A stretch of 64,000 nucleotides of DNA, from the sequence record KC690136; one strand, written 5' to 3'. Every line of letters begins with the position of its first letter. The stretch's first letter is position 1. Origin of the DNA: Escherichia phage JES2013. A program made the position numbers and the translations under genes. The notes under the pieces are model-generated. The model saw only the letters and a program-made list of their open reading frames with translations, made no database searches and was not told where the DNA came from. This document shows, in pieces, positions 19,172 through 28,679 of this stretch.

Positions 19172-20917
19172 TTAACGTTGTGCAATTACTACGTCTACGA
19201 TATCACCAACACCACAATACGTTAATTGCAGCAAGGTAACACTGTTAGCCTTGTTGTTAATAACAGGTGTTGCCGACAGGATAGCATACTTATCGTGCAA
19301 AGTCACGTTGTGACCTACAGCATCCTGAATTACATAGATAACCGCAGTGAATGGATAAGGTTTATCTTCCGCTGATGTCCCAGGCCACTGTCCTATTGTA
19401 AAATCCCCTTTCGCGTGAACAACATACATACTGGCCTGCCCGTTAGGTGTCCATGTCCCACTGGACGCGTCAACCTCCTCTAAATCAAAATCTACCTTTC
19501 CTGCGTGGAAAGTAGGGGCAGTAATGGTTTTACCCGCCTCAATTTCTTGAGAGGTGGTTATCTTGCCACTGGAGTTAATGCCATTACAGACAAAGTTGAC
19601 ATTAGAGAAGTCAGGCAACCACCCAGTCACCGTGCCGGATATTTCAAGGTTGTGAACAGAGGTGGTGCCAGTCCCTGCTGCGTTTAAACTGACATCTCCA
19701 TTTACCTGCAAGTTGCGGGTAACGTTGCAGTTTTCAGAGTTTGCAGTTGTTGCAGTTAAAGTGGTTGTTGTCAGCTCGGTAATTACACCTTTGTTGGCTG
19801 TAAGCCCTTCTCCTTCAAAAGTTGCACGCTCATTGACTCTTAAGGTATTCAGAGCTATGTTTTGGATAGAGGCCGTACCTCGAATAACTACAGACCCGCC
19901 AACCTCCAAACCGCCATTTATCAATGCATCACCAGTGCTTTCAATATAGCTAGGGTAGATCATGGTGCCATCGACAGAGTATGTTATCCCTGTAACGGTA
20001 CCTGTCACCTCAAGGTTCTTAACCCTGGTGGTCCCATCGACCTGCAATGTCGGTTCGGTTGCTGCCTTCATGGCATTACCACGAATGTACACGTAGTCAA
20101 AAAAGTTATTACCCAGACCATCAAAATGCACATCGTTATTATTAGCCACTGGTTTCCCAGAAGTTATAGTGTCAGCTATAACCCTGTGGGTGGACACTTC
20201 ATGAGGTTGCAGCTCTGTACTTCTCCAGTCTGCATGCTTAGGATCGCTCCACGCAAAAGTAAGTGTAGAAGTATTTGCCGTGAGGATTAGATTCCTAAAG
20301 CGTGCAGTAGAATCTGCCCCATTAACAGGTCCATGTAAGGTAAGGGTGCCACCAACTATAGTGTTAGCGAGTTCTGTAAGACCTTTTACCACCAAAGACC
20401 CTACAGTTACTTTCATCCCCTCCATGGCTTTGAATATACTGTCCACATAGTCAACAACAAACTCTGTGTTTGCTATAGACTCGGACTTATCGTCCATTGG
20501 AGGTGTAGGTACTCTCGGGTCACCTTCGAACCTTGGACTGTTAAGTTTTGCGTAGTATTTTGCCATTACTGCAGAATCGGTATATAATCTCCAGTTCGGA
20601 GATTCTGAAGGATCTGCTGGCATCCTAACTGGGTTAGATTTTGATGCTGCTGGGGCGTACCACCACTGAGTGCCTGTATCTCCTTTAAACTCATACAACT
20701 GGTTAAAAACTGTTGTGGATGCACCATACGCCCAAGGGATCGGCGGCGTTTTAAAATAAAGGGTGTCAAGCATGGCTTTTCGTACCGTAGGGATAGTGGT
20801 CCCATCCTCTACGACAACTTCATCCACAGCGTTACCGTTGACAATCAAGTGCAAACGTTCAGAATCAACAATTACTTGATCTACCGCCTGCTCGAAGCTT
20901 GTCATGTCTTGCGCCAT
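19172..20917 (-). CDS. tail fiber protein
   Basis: 581 aa, repetitive Thr/Gly/Asn-rich beta-structure segments typical of fibers. Confidence 0.45.
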   Translation of the reverse strand: MAQDMTSFEQAVDQVIVDSERLHLIVNGNAVDEVVVEDGTTIPTVRKAMLDTLYFKTPPIPWAYGASTTVFNQLYEFKGDTGTQWWYAPAASKSNPVRMPADPSESPNWRLYTDSAVMAKYYAKLNSPRFEGDPRVPTPPMDDKSESIANTEFVVDYVDSIFKAMEGMKVTVGSLVVKGLTELANTIVGGTLTLHGPVNGADSTARFRNLILTANTSTLTFAWSDPKHADWRSTELQPHEVSTHRVIADTITSGKPVANNNDVHFDGLGNNFFDYVYIRGNAMKAATEPTLQVDGTTRVKNLEVTGTVTGITYSVDGTMIYPSYIESTGDALINGGLEVGGSVVIRGTASIQNIALNTLRVNERATFEGEGLTANKGVITELTTTTLTATTANSENCNVTRNLQVNGDVSLNAAGTGTTSVHNLEISGTVTGWLPDFSNVNFVCNGINSSGKITTSQEIEAGKTITAPTFHAGKVDFDLEEVDASSGTWTPNGQASMYVVHAKGDFTIGQWPGTSAEDKPYPFTAVIYVIQDAVGHNVTLHDKYAILSATPVINNKANSVTLLQLTYCGVGDIVDVVIAQR

Positions 20918-20926
20918 GATTTCTCC

Positions 20927-21193
20927 TTAAGCTTTTTGCTCTTCGTTTTTAACGTGGTCAGGGTGCTGGCAACCCCACCGGAGCGAGATGAATTTGCTAA
21001 TAAGCTGGGGGCAGGCTACTGAAGGTGCATATATCCACGCATACCATTCAGGAAGCGTATCATTGTACCCCATATGAATAAACACCCCAGTCATCACTGC
21101 CATGCCTATGTTTGACCATAGCTTAGATTGGGACACTTTTGTAGGGTCATCAGATGCCGCAACCAACCCCCATAAAAACTGAGTTAATTTCAT
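20927..21193 (-). CDS. small membrane protein
   Basis: 88 aa with a hydrophobic segment WSNIGMAVMTGVFIHMGY. Confidence 0.35.
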   Translation of the reverse strand: MKLTQFLWGLVAASDDPTKVSQSKLWSNIGMAVMTGVFIHMGYNDTLPEWYAWIYAPSVACPQLISKFISLRWGCQHPDHVKNEEQKA

Positions 21194-21202
21194 TTACCCT
21201 CT

Positions 21203-22246
21203 TTAAGCATAAGATATCGTGATCCATTGACCGTTTACAAGTTTTTGAATAGCACCAGTCCAATAGTCTCCCTGATACGGGTGTTTATAGGCGTAATTGC
21301 CGGAGCACATTACATGCCCAGGGTATACTCTTGATTCTCTGTAGGTGGTTCTGAAACGGTTTGCTATCCTTACATCTTCAACACCCCTACTAGGCATAGG
21401 AATAGTAAGGTTACCACTACTGTCTGCGCTACTACCATTTACCCTGCGGACCACGTTTCTTCCACCAACTGTTGCATATTGACCCCTGGCGGTTTTATCG
21501 TTACAATCTACTCTTCCACCTATTTGAGCGCTGCCGCAGGATTGTTGTCCATTAACAGTGGCTCTAGGTATCGTTACCGCATTAGCATTTGCAGAGGAGC
21601 TTTTTGCATCATTGCATTCAAGATTTCCTTGGATAGCCAGTCTTGCACGGTTGGCAGTTATAGCATTGAGCTTCATAGCCGAAAACACAGGCTGCCCACC
21701 GGAAGGTTGAAATCTCCAACGGAAACCGTCTATTTGGTGAGAGGGATCATCAAGGTCTGTGCCGTCAGCACCACCGATGTTGTCCATAATCCAGAAATCC
21801 ATCATCGTCTTGTCTGGGGTTATGGTGGTATATATTGCCGCATTGTCTGTTGACGCAGATGCAAACTCGATTCTTTGAAGACCTAAAGTTTGAGTCTGAG
21901 TCATTATGTCTCCAGACTTGTCAACATACAGATCGTCCATTTCTTCAGGCGAGTATACATTGAGAACTTGACGTGCAGCAGCTTTGTCTGGAACGTCTGC
22001 TAGATTATTAGTGACCCTTAAGAATCTATTATCCCATCCTGGGACAACATCTTCTGTTAGATGCTTTAACCACGCAGAAAGCATGTGAAGTTCAAAGTTA
22101 ACAACTTCACATGCCACTCTTTGTGTCATATCCCAACCTTTCAATCTCTCTTCTTTTTTTGGTTGAGACTTATTCAACTCTCCCGTATTTTCAAGCACAA
22201 CATCCTGATTGGCCCAAATATCAAGAGGGATAACTGGTTTAGTCAT
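21203..22246 (-). CDS. tail fiber protein, paralog A
   Basis: 347 aa. Paralogous to 23261..24301: shared N-terminus PxxPLxIWA..D.VL.NT and C-terminus QKLVNGQWITxxYA. Confidence 0.55.
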   Translation of the reverse strand: MTKPVIPLDIWANQDVVLENTGELNKSQPKKEERLKGWDMTQRVACEVVNFELHMLSAWLKHLTEDVVPGWDNRFLRVTNNLADVPDKAAARQVLNVYSPEEMDDLYVDKSGDIMTQTQTLGLQRIEFASASTDNAAIYTTITPDKTMMDFWIMDNIGGADGTDLDDPSHQIDGFRWRFQPSGGQPVFSAMKLNAITANRARLAIQGNLECNDAKSSSANANAVTIPRATVNGQQSCGSAQIGGRVDCNDKTARGQYATVGGRNVVRRVNGSSADSSGNLTIPMPSRGVEDVRIANRFRTTYRESRVYPGHVMCSGNYAYKHPYQGDYWTGAIQKLVNGQWITISYA

Positions 22247-22335
22247 CGCGTTCTCCTGAGAAAATTCCTTAGGACTATTTTAACACTTTAGAGAACAAAA
22301 TGCAAGAACGGAGTCCTTTCCGTTCTGACCTTTGT

Positions 22336-22650
22336 TTACCTTTTACTATGCTCTACGAGCATGTGCAAAATCTTTTGTACATCAGCTCGGATACCGGAGA
22401 CATCTGTCCTGACATCCTGCTTAAGGTCGTTAATATCGGCCTCTAGCTTGCTTAACCGGGTCTCGATAACGGAATCAAGTTTATCTTTTGTAACCATACT
22501 GTTTTTCACTAAGATGAGGTCTTTCTCCAGTTCATCCAACCTCTTGGAAATGCCTTTCCATTTGGTGTGCCACTGGTTGAAAGCCCATACACAGATCGGG
22601 ACAACGGTACCCATGCAGATACCGTACAATGCCGCCAAATCCAACTCCAC
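22336..22650 (-). CDS. small membrane coiled-coil protein
   Basis: 104 aa. N-terminal hydrophobic helix LYGICMGTVVPICVWAF followed by heptad-like charged repeats. Confidence 0.35.
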   Translation of the reverse strand: MELDLAALYGICMGTVVPICVWAFNQWHTKWKGISKRLDELEKDLILVKNSMVTKDKLDSVIETRLSKLEADINDLKQDVRTDVSGIRADVQKILHMLVEHSKR

Positions 22651-22661
22651 AACACCTCCTC

Positions 22662-23246
22662 TTAGAGGGTAGGTCGCTCCGGGAAGAAAATGTCAGGGGC
22701 TTTAGATGTATCTATTTCAAGAAGTTTTACCCTGTACATTTTCAAATCTCTGATGTTACGTTTCTGGTCATCAGTAAGATCATATTCAAGGTCAATCATG
22801 TCTTGATAGGCACCAATTCTAGCAGTAGCCCAAGCAAGTTCTGTCTCTATGACACCCTCTGCCTGTTGAACAAAGAATTCATTATCTGTGACAAATTCAT
22901 CACCAACTAAACGCAAAGCGTCGTGGTGAAGCATAATGTTTTCTGGTACCTCTTCTTTTTTGGCGATAACCACACGAAGACCTGGAGCAGGCCATAAGGC
23001 ATCAGGTTCTTCTGTAGATGTCTTAAGAATTCCCTTCTCGTCAACAAGTAGGAAGATACAACCCGGATTTTCTTGTCGCAATGTTCGTGACTGCACATAC
23101 CAATCGCCATCATCATTACGTAAAAAATACCCAGTGTATGCTGTGTAATCCTCAACCTCTTGAGGGGTCAGCTCCTTGGTTTCCTTGTTGGTGCGGTATT
23201 CGCCAGATCCCGGTTGGTAAAGTTTAAACTCTTGAAGTATTTTCAT
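22662..23246 (-). CDS. tail fiber assembly chaperone (Tfa-like)
   Basis: 194 aa, directly downstream of fiber paralog B; C-terminal DIFFPERP is Tfa-like. Confidence 0.45.
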   Translation of the reverse strand: MKILQEFKLYQPGSGEYRTNKETKELTPQEVEDYTAYTGYFLRNDDGDWYVQSRTLRQENPGCIFLLVDEKGILKTSTEEPDALWPAPGLRVVIAKKEEVPENIMLHHDALRLVGDEFVTDNEFFVQQAEGVIETELAWATARIGAYQDMIDLEYDLTDDQKRNIRDLKMYRVKLLEIDTSKAPDIFFPERPTL

Positions 23247-23260
23247 GCTAGTCCTCCGAT

Positions 23261-24301
23261 CTATGCATAATTAACAGTGATCCATTGACCATTTACAAGT
23301 TTTTGTAAAGGTCCTGCCCAGTAGGTTGAACCACGCATCTCTTTTTTGTCACCGAAATGCCAGCCTGTGACAACGTAGCCGTTGCGGATTGGAGATTCAG
23401 AAACTCCGTCCACAAGTCTTGCACCGATTCTGATGTCTTGCACACCTGTCTGCGGGATAGTGATCGTTACATCACCGTTACCGTTAGCCGTCACTCCGTT
23501 CACAGAGCGAACCACATTTCTGTTACCGACAACACAGTGCTGGCTTCTTACAACCATACTGTCACAACTTGCACCACCATTAACATACACTGACCCAGCC
23601 GTCAACTGACTAGCCACATTACAGTTGGTGAATGTTGCTGTATTGCTGATAGTAAGGTTATTGCACCTCATGTTATCGACAACTTCAACATTGCCTACCA
23701 CTTTCAACAGCGCACGATTAGCCGTGATCGCGTTAAGGTACATCAAAGTGAACTCTGGATTAATATCCGGCTGAGTTGGCTGGAATCTCCAACGAAACGC
23801 ATCTACCGTAGATGTACCACCATCATCAAACGACCCGGTATTATCACTTAACCCAAAGTCGAGAGTTGTCTTATCTGGGCCAATAGTTGTCTCTATCCAA
23901 GCCTTATCTGTCTCGGCAGCTTTAAAGTTGATACGTTGCAAACCCAATGGGCCTGTCATTGTATCACCTGTAACTTTTACATACCTGGCGTCTGCCTCTT
24001 CCTTAGTAATAATCCCAAGGTTTCTACGGGCAACAGGGATGTTCAAAAGATCACTCAAGTTATTATCACGTACCAGATAACGGCCTTCTTGAGCGGGGAT
24101 CTGCTCGTCAGCAATGTATTTTGCCCAAGTTCCGAGCATATTGAAAATATAGTTAAGTTCTTCACATGAGGGCTTTTGACCAAGATCCCAACCTTTTCTC
24201 CACAAATCATCAATCGGGCGTAGCCTGTTCTGTCTGTGGGTGTTAGGCAGAACCTGATCCTCCTCTGCCCAAATCTCTAATGGAAAACTAGGTTTTGACA
24301 T
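23261..24301 (-). CDS. tail fiber protein, paralog B
   Basis: 346 aa. Motifs ARRNLGI and GDTMTGPL; paralog of 21203..22246. Confidence 0.55.
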   Translation of the reverse strand: MSKPSFPLEIWAEEDQVLPNTHRQNRLRPIDDLWRKGWDLGQKPSCEELNYIFNMLGTWAKYIADEQIPAQEGRYLVRDNNLSDLLNIPVARRNLGIITKEEADARYVKVTGDTMTGPLGLQRINFKAAETDKAWIETTIGPDKTTLDFGLSDNTGSFDDGGTSTVDAFRWRFQPTQPDINPEFTLMYLNAITANRALLKVVGNVEVVDNMRCNNLTISNTATFTNCNVASQLTAGSVYVNGGASCDSMVVRSQHCVVGNRNVVRSVNGVTANGNGDVTITIPQTGVQDIRIGARLVDGVSESPIRNGYVVTGWHFGDKKEMRGSTYWAGPLQKLVNGQWITVNYA

Positions 24302-24313
24302 TTTATCTCCTGA

Positions 24314-26386
24314 TTATGAGAAGTCTGGCGGGACAACATCTTCTACATACCCTTTCAGAGCAACCTGCCCCATATGAAGCACGGTAGAATCTCTAGCGGT
24401 AACAGTGATGCTGTCAGACATTACTTGCGGGTATGCCCACACATACTGTTTTACCTCAGGGTATCTATACTCTATAGTTGCCATGTTTCCGCAAATACAT
24501 CTCCATAAAAATTCTTGGTAATTCCTAGTTGGGTCGTAGCCATATACCGGAGCAAGCTCTTTACTAGGAACGAACCCTGCAAGGTATTGTATTTCAGACG
24601 GTTGCCAACCTAACTTAACGATAGGTATGTTTACAGACTCTTTTGCCTTTTCAATACCTCCCTGCATCACCCAATCGTAGCACTCGGTGCAGAAGAAATC
24701 AAGAGCACCTGCTTCTTTTTTATATTGGTCAGCAAGGTTCAGCTTTTGCGTAAGCTCGGTTTCCATAATGGTTGGGAAAAACAGTAGAGCTGTCATCTGA
24801 GCTGATGCAGCGTGTGCCTTTATTGCCTTTGAAATAGCCGCAATACGAGCGCCAAGCTTACCACGACAAAATGCTACATACTTGTCGTAAACACCGCCAG
24901 TTTTAGGATCGTCAATAGTCCCAATATCTAATGCATACTCACCTGTCTCATCATAAAACGCCTGTTTTGTAGGGTAATCATAAATACAAGGTCTACGAGT
25001 ATCGGTATTGAACCACCACCACGGTTCACCAACCTGCATAATCACTGGCAGGTTGTTTCTCATAGCGGCTGATGCAAAATTCTTAAATACTGCCGTAAGG
25101 AAATTCATACCCTCTTCAATGGTTGGAGACAGGAGGTAGCTACAAGGTGTATACCCTGTTTTAGCGTAGTTATCGTTCCAGTCTCTTTGGGTCCATTCCA
25201 ACGGACAGGCATCGCTGTAAAGCTCAAAACTTACAGACTGCATAACGTCGAAGTTGTGTCGTTTGGCATTGTACATAAAATCATCATGCCATTTATAAGC
25301 TGCAGCGTTTAGCGCCCCTGTTCTGTTTATAGACCATTGGGTTCCTGACCATGTGTAGTCATAATAATGACTCATACCAACATAGTGGTTTATGGTTCCG
25401 GTATAGCCCAGACGCTTGATATTGTTCAACACCCTTAAAGGAGATACGTTCCACATATCGTCATATGCGGTGCAGATCCCGACGTCGTGCTCTTTAACCT
25501 GAATATTGTTAAGTTGCATCATTTTCCAGCCCGTGTCTGGCTGAAGCAGATCTAGGCGCAACTCACACTCTACATTTTCCGTTCTCGGGTCTGTGCTATT
25601 ACTTACCCAGTCTTTAGGCATAAGCGGTATTAAAATCCTTCTCACCTGCCGAGGATCAACACCCATCATGTTGTTGTTCTGATCCATCCCGACGCAGTCC
25701 TCGAAATCAATATGAATCTCTGCAACATTCTTATCCTCTGAGATGCTGACAGCATATTGAGCTAAAGGAACATAGATGATTGTGCCATCAACAAGGTCTA
25801 CAGTCATAATCATCTTTTCAGGAGTGGAGAAGTTGCTGGCATTGGTTATTGACATTCTGAACCAAAGCTTGGTGTTTCTCATCTCATAGTGATCATCAAA
25901 CCCAATACCGAAATGGTCATACTTGTCAACTGTTTCCCAAATGCACCCAGCCATACCTCCATATGTTCTTGACACTAAACGGTTAATACAACAGTTGTCA
26001 TCTGCAACAATACAGGTACTTTCAGTCTGCTGAGTGGTTGTAACCCAATATCTTGGGTGAAACATTCTCTCCTCAACAGTATCCCAGGATATCCTGTCAA
26101 GATTCTCATCTGAAACTATTGTACATTTCGCCCTTTGTGTCCCAATCATCACCCCTTGAGATTTTGATGAAAACTCCATAAAGAAGCTTCTTGGTAACCT
26201 GTTGGGTAATTTGTCAACAATTTCCACGGGGATCTCAATACTGGTTGCCCCAATTGGGATAGTTACATCGCCCTCAACATGATTATAATCCCTACCAGGA
26301 ACGGCAGTATCCTGAACTGTTCGGTAGTGAAACTGTGCAGCCATTGTAGAGTAATCACGGTAAGGTTTAAAAACAGCTGTTGCCAT
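24314..26386 (-). CDS. tail/baseplate-associated structural protein
   Basis: 690 aa, Trp/Tyr-rich. N-terminal segment GRDYNHVEGDVTIPIGATSIEIPVEIVD is Calx-beta-like. Confidence 0.35.
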   Translation of the reverse strand: MATAVFKPYRDYSTMAAQFHYRTVQDTAVPGRDYNHVEGDVTIPIGATSIEIPVEIVDKLPNRLPRSFFMEFSSKSQGVMIGTQRAKCTIVSDENLDRISWDTVEERMFHPRYWVTTTQQTESTCIVADDNCCINRLVSRTYGGMAGCIWETVDKYDHFGIGFDDHYEMRNTKLWFRMSITNASNFSTPEKMIMTVDLVDGTIIYVPLAQYAVSISEDKNVAEIHIDFEDCVGMDQNNNMMGVDPRQVRRILIPLMPKDWVSNSTDPRTENVECELRLDLLQPDTGWKMMQLNNIQVKEHDVGICTAYDDMWNVSPLRVLNNIKRLGYTGTINHYVGMSHYYDYTWSGTQWSINRTGALNAAAYKWHDDFMYNAKRHNFDVMQSVSFELYSDACPLEWTQRDWNDNYAKTGYTPCSYLLSPTIEEGMNFLTAVFKNFASAAMRNNLPVIMQVGEPWWWFNTDTRRPCIYDYPTKQAFYDETGEYALDIGTIDDPKTGGVYDKYVAFCRGKLGARIAAISKAIKAHAASAQMTALLFFPTIMETELTQKLNLADQYKKEAGALDFFCTECYDWVMQGGIEKAKESVNIPIVKLGWQPSEIQYLAGFVPSKELAPVYGYDPTRNYQEFLWRCICGNMATIEYRYPEVKQYVWAYPQVMSDSITVTARDSTVLHMGQVALKGYVEDVVPPDFS

Positions 26387-27072
26387 TAACCCTCCTGTCT
26401 AGTTGCGTTTACTGTAATACTTTCACAATAAATGGTTGTGGTGTCCCAATCAGGTCTTACGTCAGGAACATATAGCAAAGTAGCCAGCCCACCAACTCCG
26501 AATTGGTTTTCTTCCCACACTGATCCGAAGCCAAGAGCTGTAGAGTCCCCTTCAAAACCAAAAGCTTGCCCTTGCGATTCTGTAAGACGCAAATGACAAG
26601 GCAATGGTAGCATATCTAAGATCTGATCGATAGACTGCAATATGTCAAAGCAAGTTTTTCTAATATTTATGTCAAACCTGAAGTTGTCTCCTTTCCACGT
26701 ATCGAAATTGTCTCTTCCGAACAATTGTCGCAAGGTGGAGATGACATCTTCGCGAGTCCCGCCCCTTGATGCTGCGGCCTGCTGAATAATTAGTGTGGCA
26801 CGAAAATCAGCATCTGAAAGTCCATTCCTAAGAATACCAAGTTGATTACCAACTTCGTCAAGGTATCTTCCGCTGGCATTGTTAAGCAATCTTCCTTCAG
26901 CCAAACCTACCAGCATCTTATCAACATCCTCCAACCTTTTAAGGTATACGGTTAAGAATGTGACTAAATTAACCTTCTCAGCCAGAAAATCTCCAGGCAG
27001 GTAGTCAAGACCTCCCTGAACAAAATCTGGCAGAGTGTGGATGTGGTTAACATCCGACTTAATCTCTGCCAT
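26386..27072 (-). CDS. putative baseplate protein
   Basis: 228 aa; position next to a large baseplate-like gene. Confidence 0.3.
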   Translation of the reverse strand: MAEIKSDVNHIHTLPDFVQGGLDYLPGDFLAEKVNLVTFLTVYLKRLEDVDKMLVGLAEGRLLNNASGRYLDEVGNQLGILRNGLSDADFRATLIIQQAAASRGGTREDVISTLRQLFGRDNFDTWKGDNFRFDINIRKTCFDILQSIDQILDMLPLPCHLRLTESQGQAFGFEGDSTALGFGSVWEENQFGVGGLATLLYVPDVRPDWDTTTIYCESITVNATRQEG

Positions 27073-27083
27073 ATCTCGCCGCC

Positions 27084-28574
27084 TTAAATAGTTTGTTGGA
27101 AAGTTATATTACTTTCGTCGAGGTCAAACACCTCGGTCATGTTCGCAACAATATCGTTTGTAGTGTAAGCTTCATCAGAAGCTCCTACGGATTTAACTTG
27201 AATTACCAGTCTATTAAATCTGCCTATTGACACAGCAGCGGATGCAGCACCGACCAATTGGATATTGTATAACGTATCTGCAACATCCAGTCCGTTAACA
27301 ACCTGCAAAAGAGCCTCTACAATGGCATCTTTTTCGGTTGTGGAAAGCGCAGCACCGGAGTAGGTAATTCTTACATCCAAGCGGTAGGTATTTGCCCTGG
27401 AGTAATAAATTCTTTCAGTTTGACCGTCAGATGTAGTGACATCGTAGAAAATATTACCATAAGTCCTGTTCGTACAGGCTATAGTTTGGTAAAGTGCTTG
27501 GCAAATGTCCTCCGTTGCACCACCAAACACAACCACTTGGAACTTGTAAGGAGGTATACCTTTAGCATCAGTTTTATCGGTATTGTTAGAGAACACTCTC
27601 ACTTTCTCAACACCTTTCACCTCGCTTACAGCGCTAAGGATTGCAGGACGGGTAGCCTTAGATGTTAACTGTTTTGTGCTGGAAGCTCTTAAGCGATACT
27701 CTGAGTCTTTCTCAACATCCCTGCCCTCATTGAATCTTTCTCTGTTGGTAAGCTTGATAAATCCACTGGGAGTAGGTGACATTGTTGTCACGGTTTCTGC
27801 CTCTCTTGACAGCTCACCAGCCTCGTTAGCGATAACATCCAGGGTGATAGTTCTTTCCCCTACAATCGGAGATACTCTGAAATCTACCCTACTATTAAGT
27901 CCAACTTGATCAAGATTCGAATTGTACCCTATCCACAACGTTCCTGTCAACATATCGATCTGAATCAAATCGTCGTTCAACAGGGTTGTATTATCGACAA
28001 TGAATTGCTTAATCTCTCCGTAAAAGCTTGGCAGATCAGAAGAGTCCAGAGCCTTATCTGTTAAAACCAAACTTTTTGTTTTGATACTTCCATCTGTCTG
28101 GTTGGTAATTTGAAAGTTGTATTTACCAATCCTCAGGTCTGGAGCATTTATTCTGTGGGCAATAAGATTCCCTGCCACTTGCACATCATTGCTAAGAACA
28201 AAGTTGCCACTATCCAGCGTATAAGTTTTGGAATCATAAATCATATTGTACGGCACAGTTGTGTTGATCGTCAACTGGCAGGTACCTGATGATTTAGAAC
28301 GGCCTCTTCGGTAAATACCCTGTCTTCCAAGAAGCTCATCTAGGTAAATACCTTCTGCCCCATACAGCGTCTGTGATGCGTATACAGATGCTGCCATAAG
28401 AATAAGTTGATACTCTCGCTCGTTGAAGATAGTGGTCAGCTTATCTGCAACGGAGTTACTCTGTACGTTGAAGTTTTCGCCAAAAGCACGGATCAGGCTT
28501 TGCTTAGTTTCAACGATTAGGTCATTTAGGGTTGGTATAACGAAACCAGCCTCTGTCAATCCATACTTAGCCAC
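27084..28574 (-). CDS. putative baseplate wedge protein (gp6/J-like by position and size)
   Basis: 496-aa ORF following a terminator; call by gene order only. Confidence 0.3.
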   Translation of the reverse strand: MAKYGLTEAGFVIPTLNDLIVETKQSLIRAFGENFNVQSNSVADKLTTIFNEREYQLILMAASVYASQTLYGAEGIYLDELLGRQGIYRRGRSKSSGTCQLTINTTVPYNMIYDSKTYTLDSGNFVLSNDVQVAGNLIAHRINAPDLRIGKYNFQITNQTDGSIKTKSLVLTDKALDSSDLPSFYGEIKQFIVDNTTLLNDDLIQIDMLTGTLWIGYNSNLDQVGLNSRVDFRVSPIVGERTITLDVIANEAGELSREAETVTTMSPTPSGFIKLTNRERFNEGRDVEKDSEYRLRASSTKQLTSKATRPAILSAVSEVKGVEKVRVFSNNTDKTDAKGIPPYKFQVVVFGGATEDICQALYQTIACTNRTYGNIFYDVTTSDGQTERIYYSRANTYRLDVRITYSGAALSTTEKDAIVEALLQVVNGLDVADTLYNIQLVGAASAAVSIGRFNRLVIQVKSVGASDEAYTTNDIVANMTEVFDLDESNITFQQTI

Positions 28575-28642
28575 GTCACTCCTCCGGTATGAAAATCTCT
28601 ACAAGGTATTTTACCAAATTTTGTAACAATAGTCAATCTGAG

Positions 28643-28670
28643 CATAAAAATAAACCCCGCCGAAGCGGGG
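28643..28670 (-). terminator. rho-independent terminator, CCCCGC-CGAA-GCGGGG plus U-tract
   Basis: Same hairpin sequence as at 2501-2516, followed on the minus strand by TTTATTTTTATG. Confidence 0.6.
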
Positions 28671-28679
28671 CTTTAAAGG

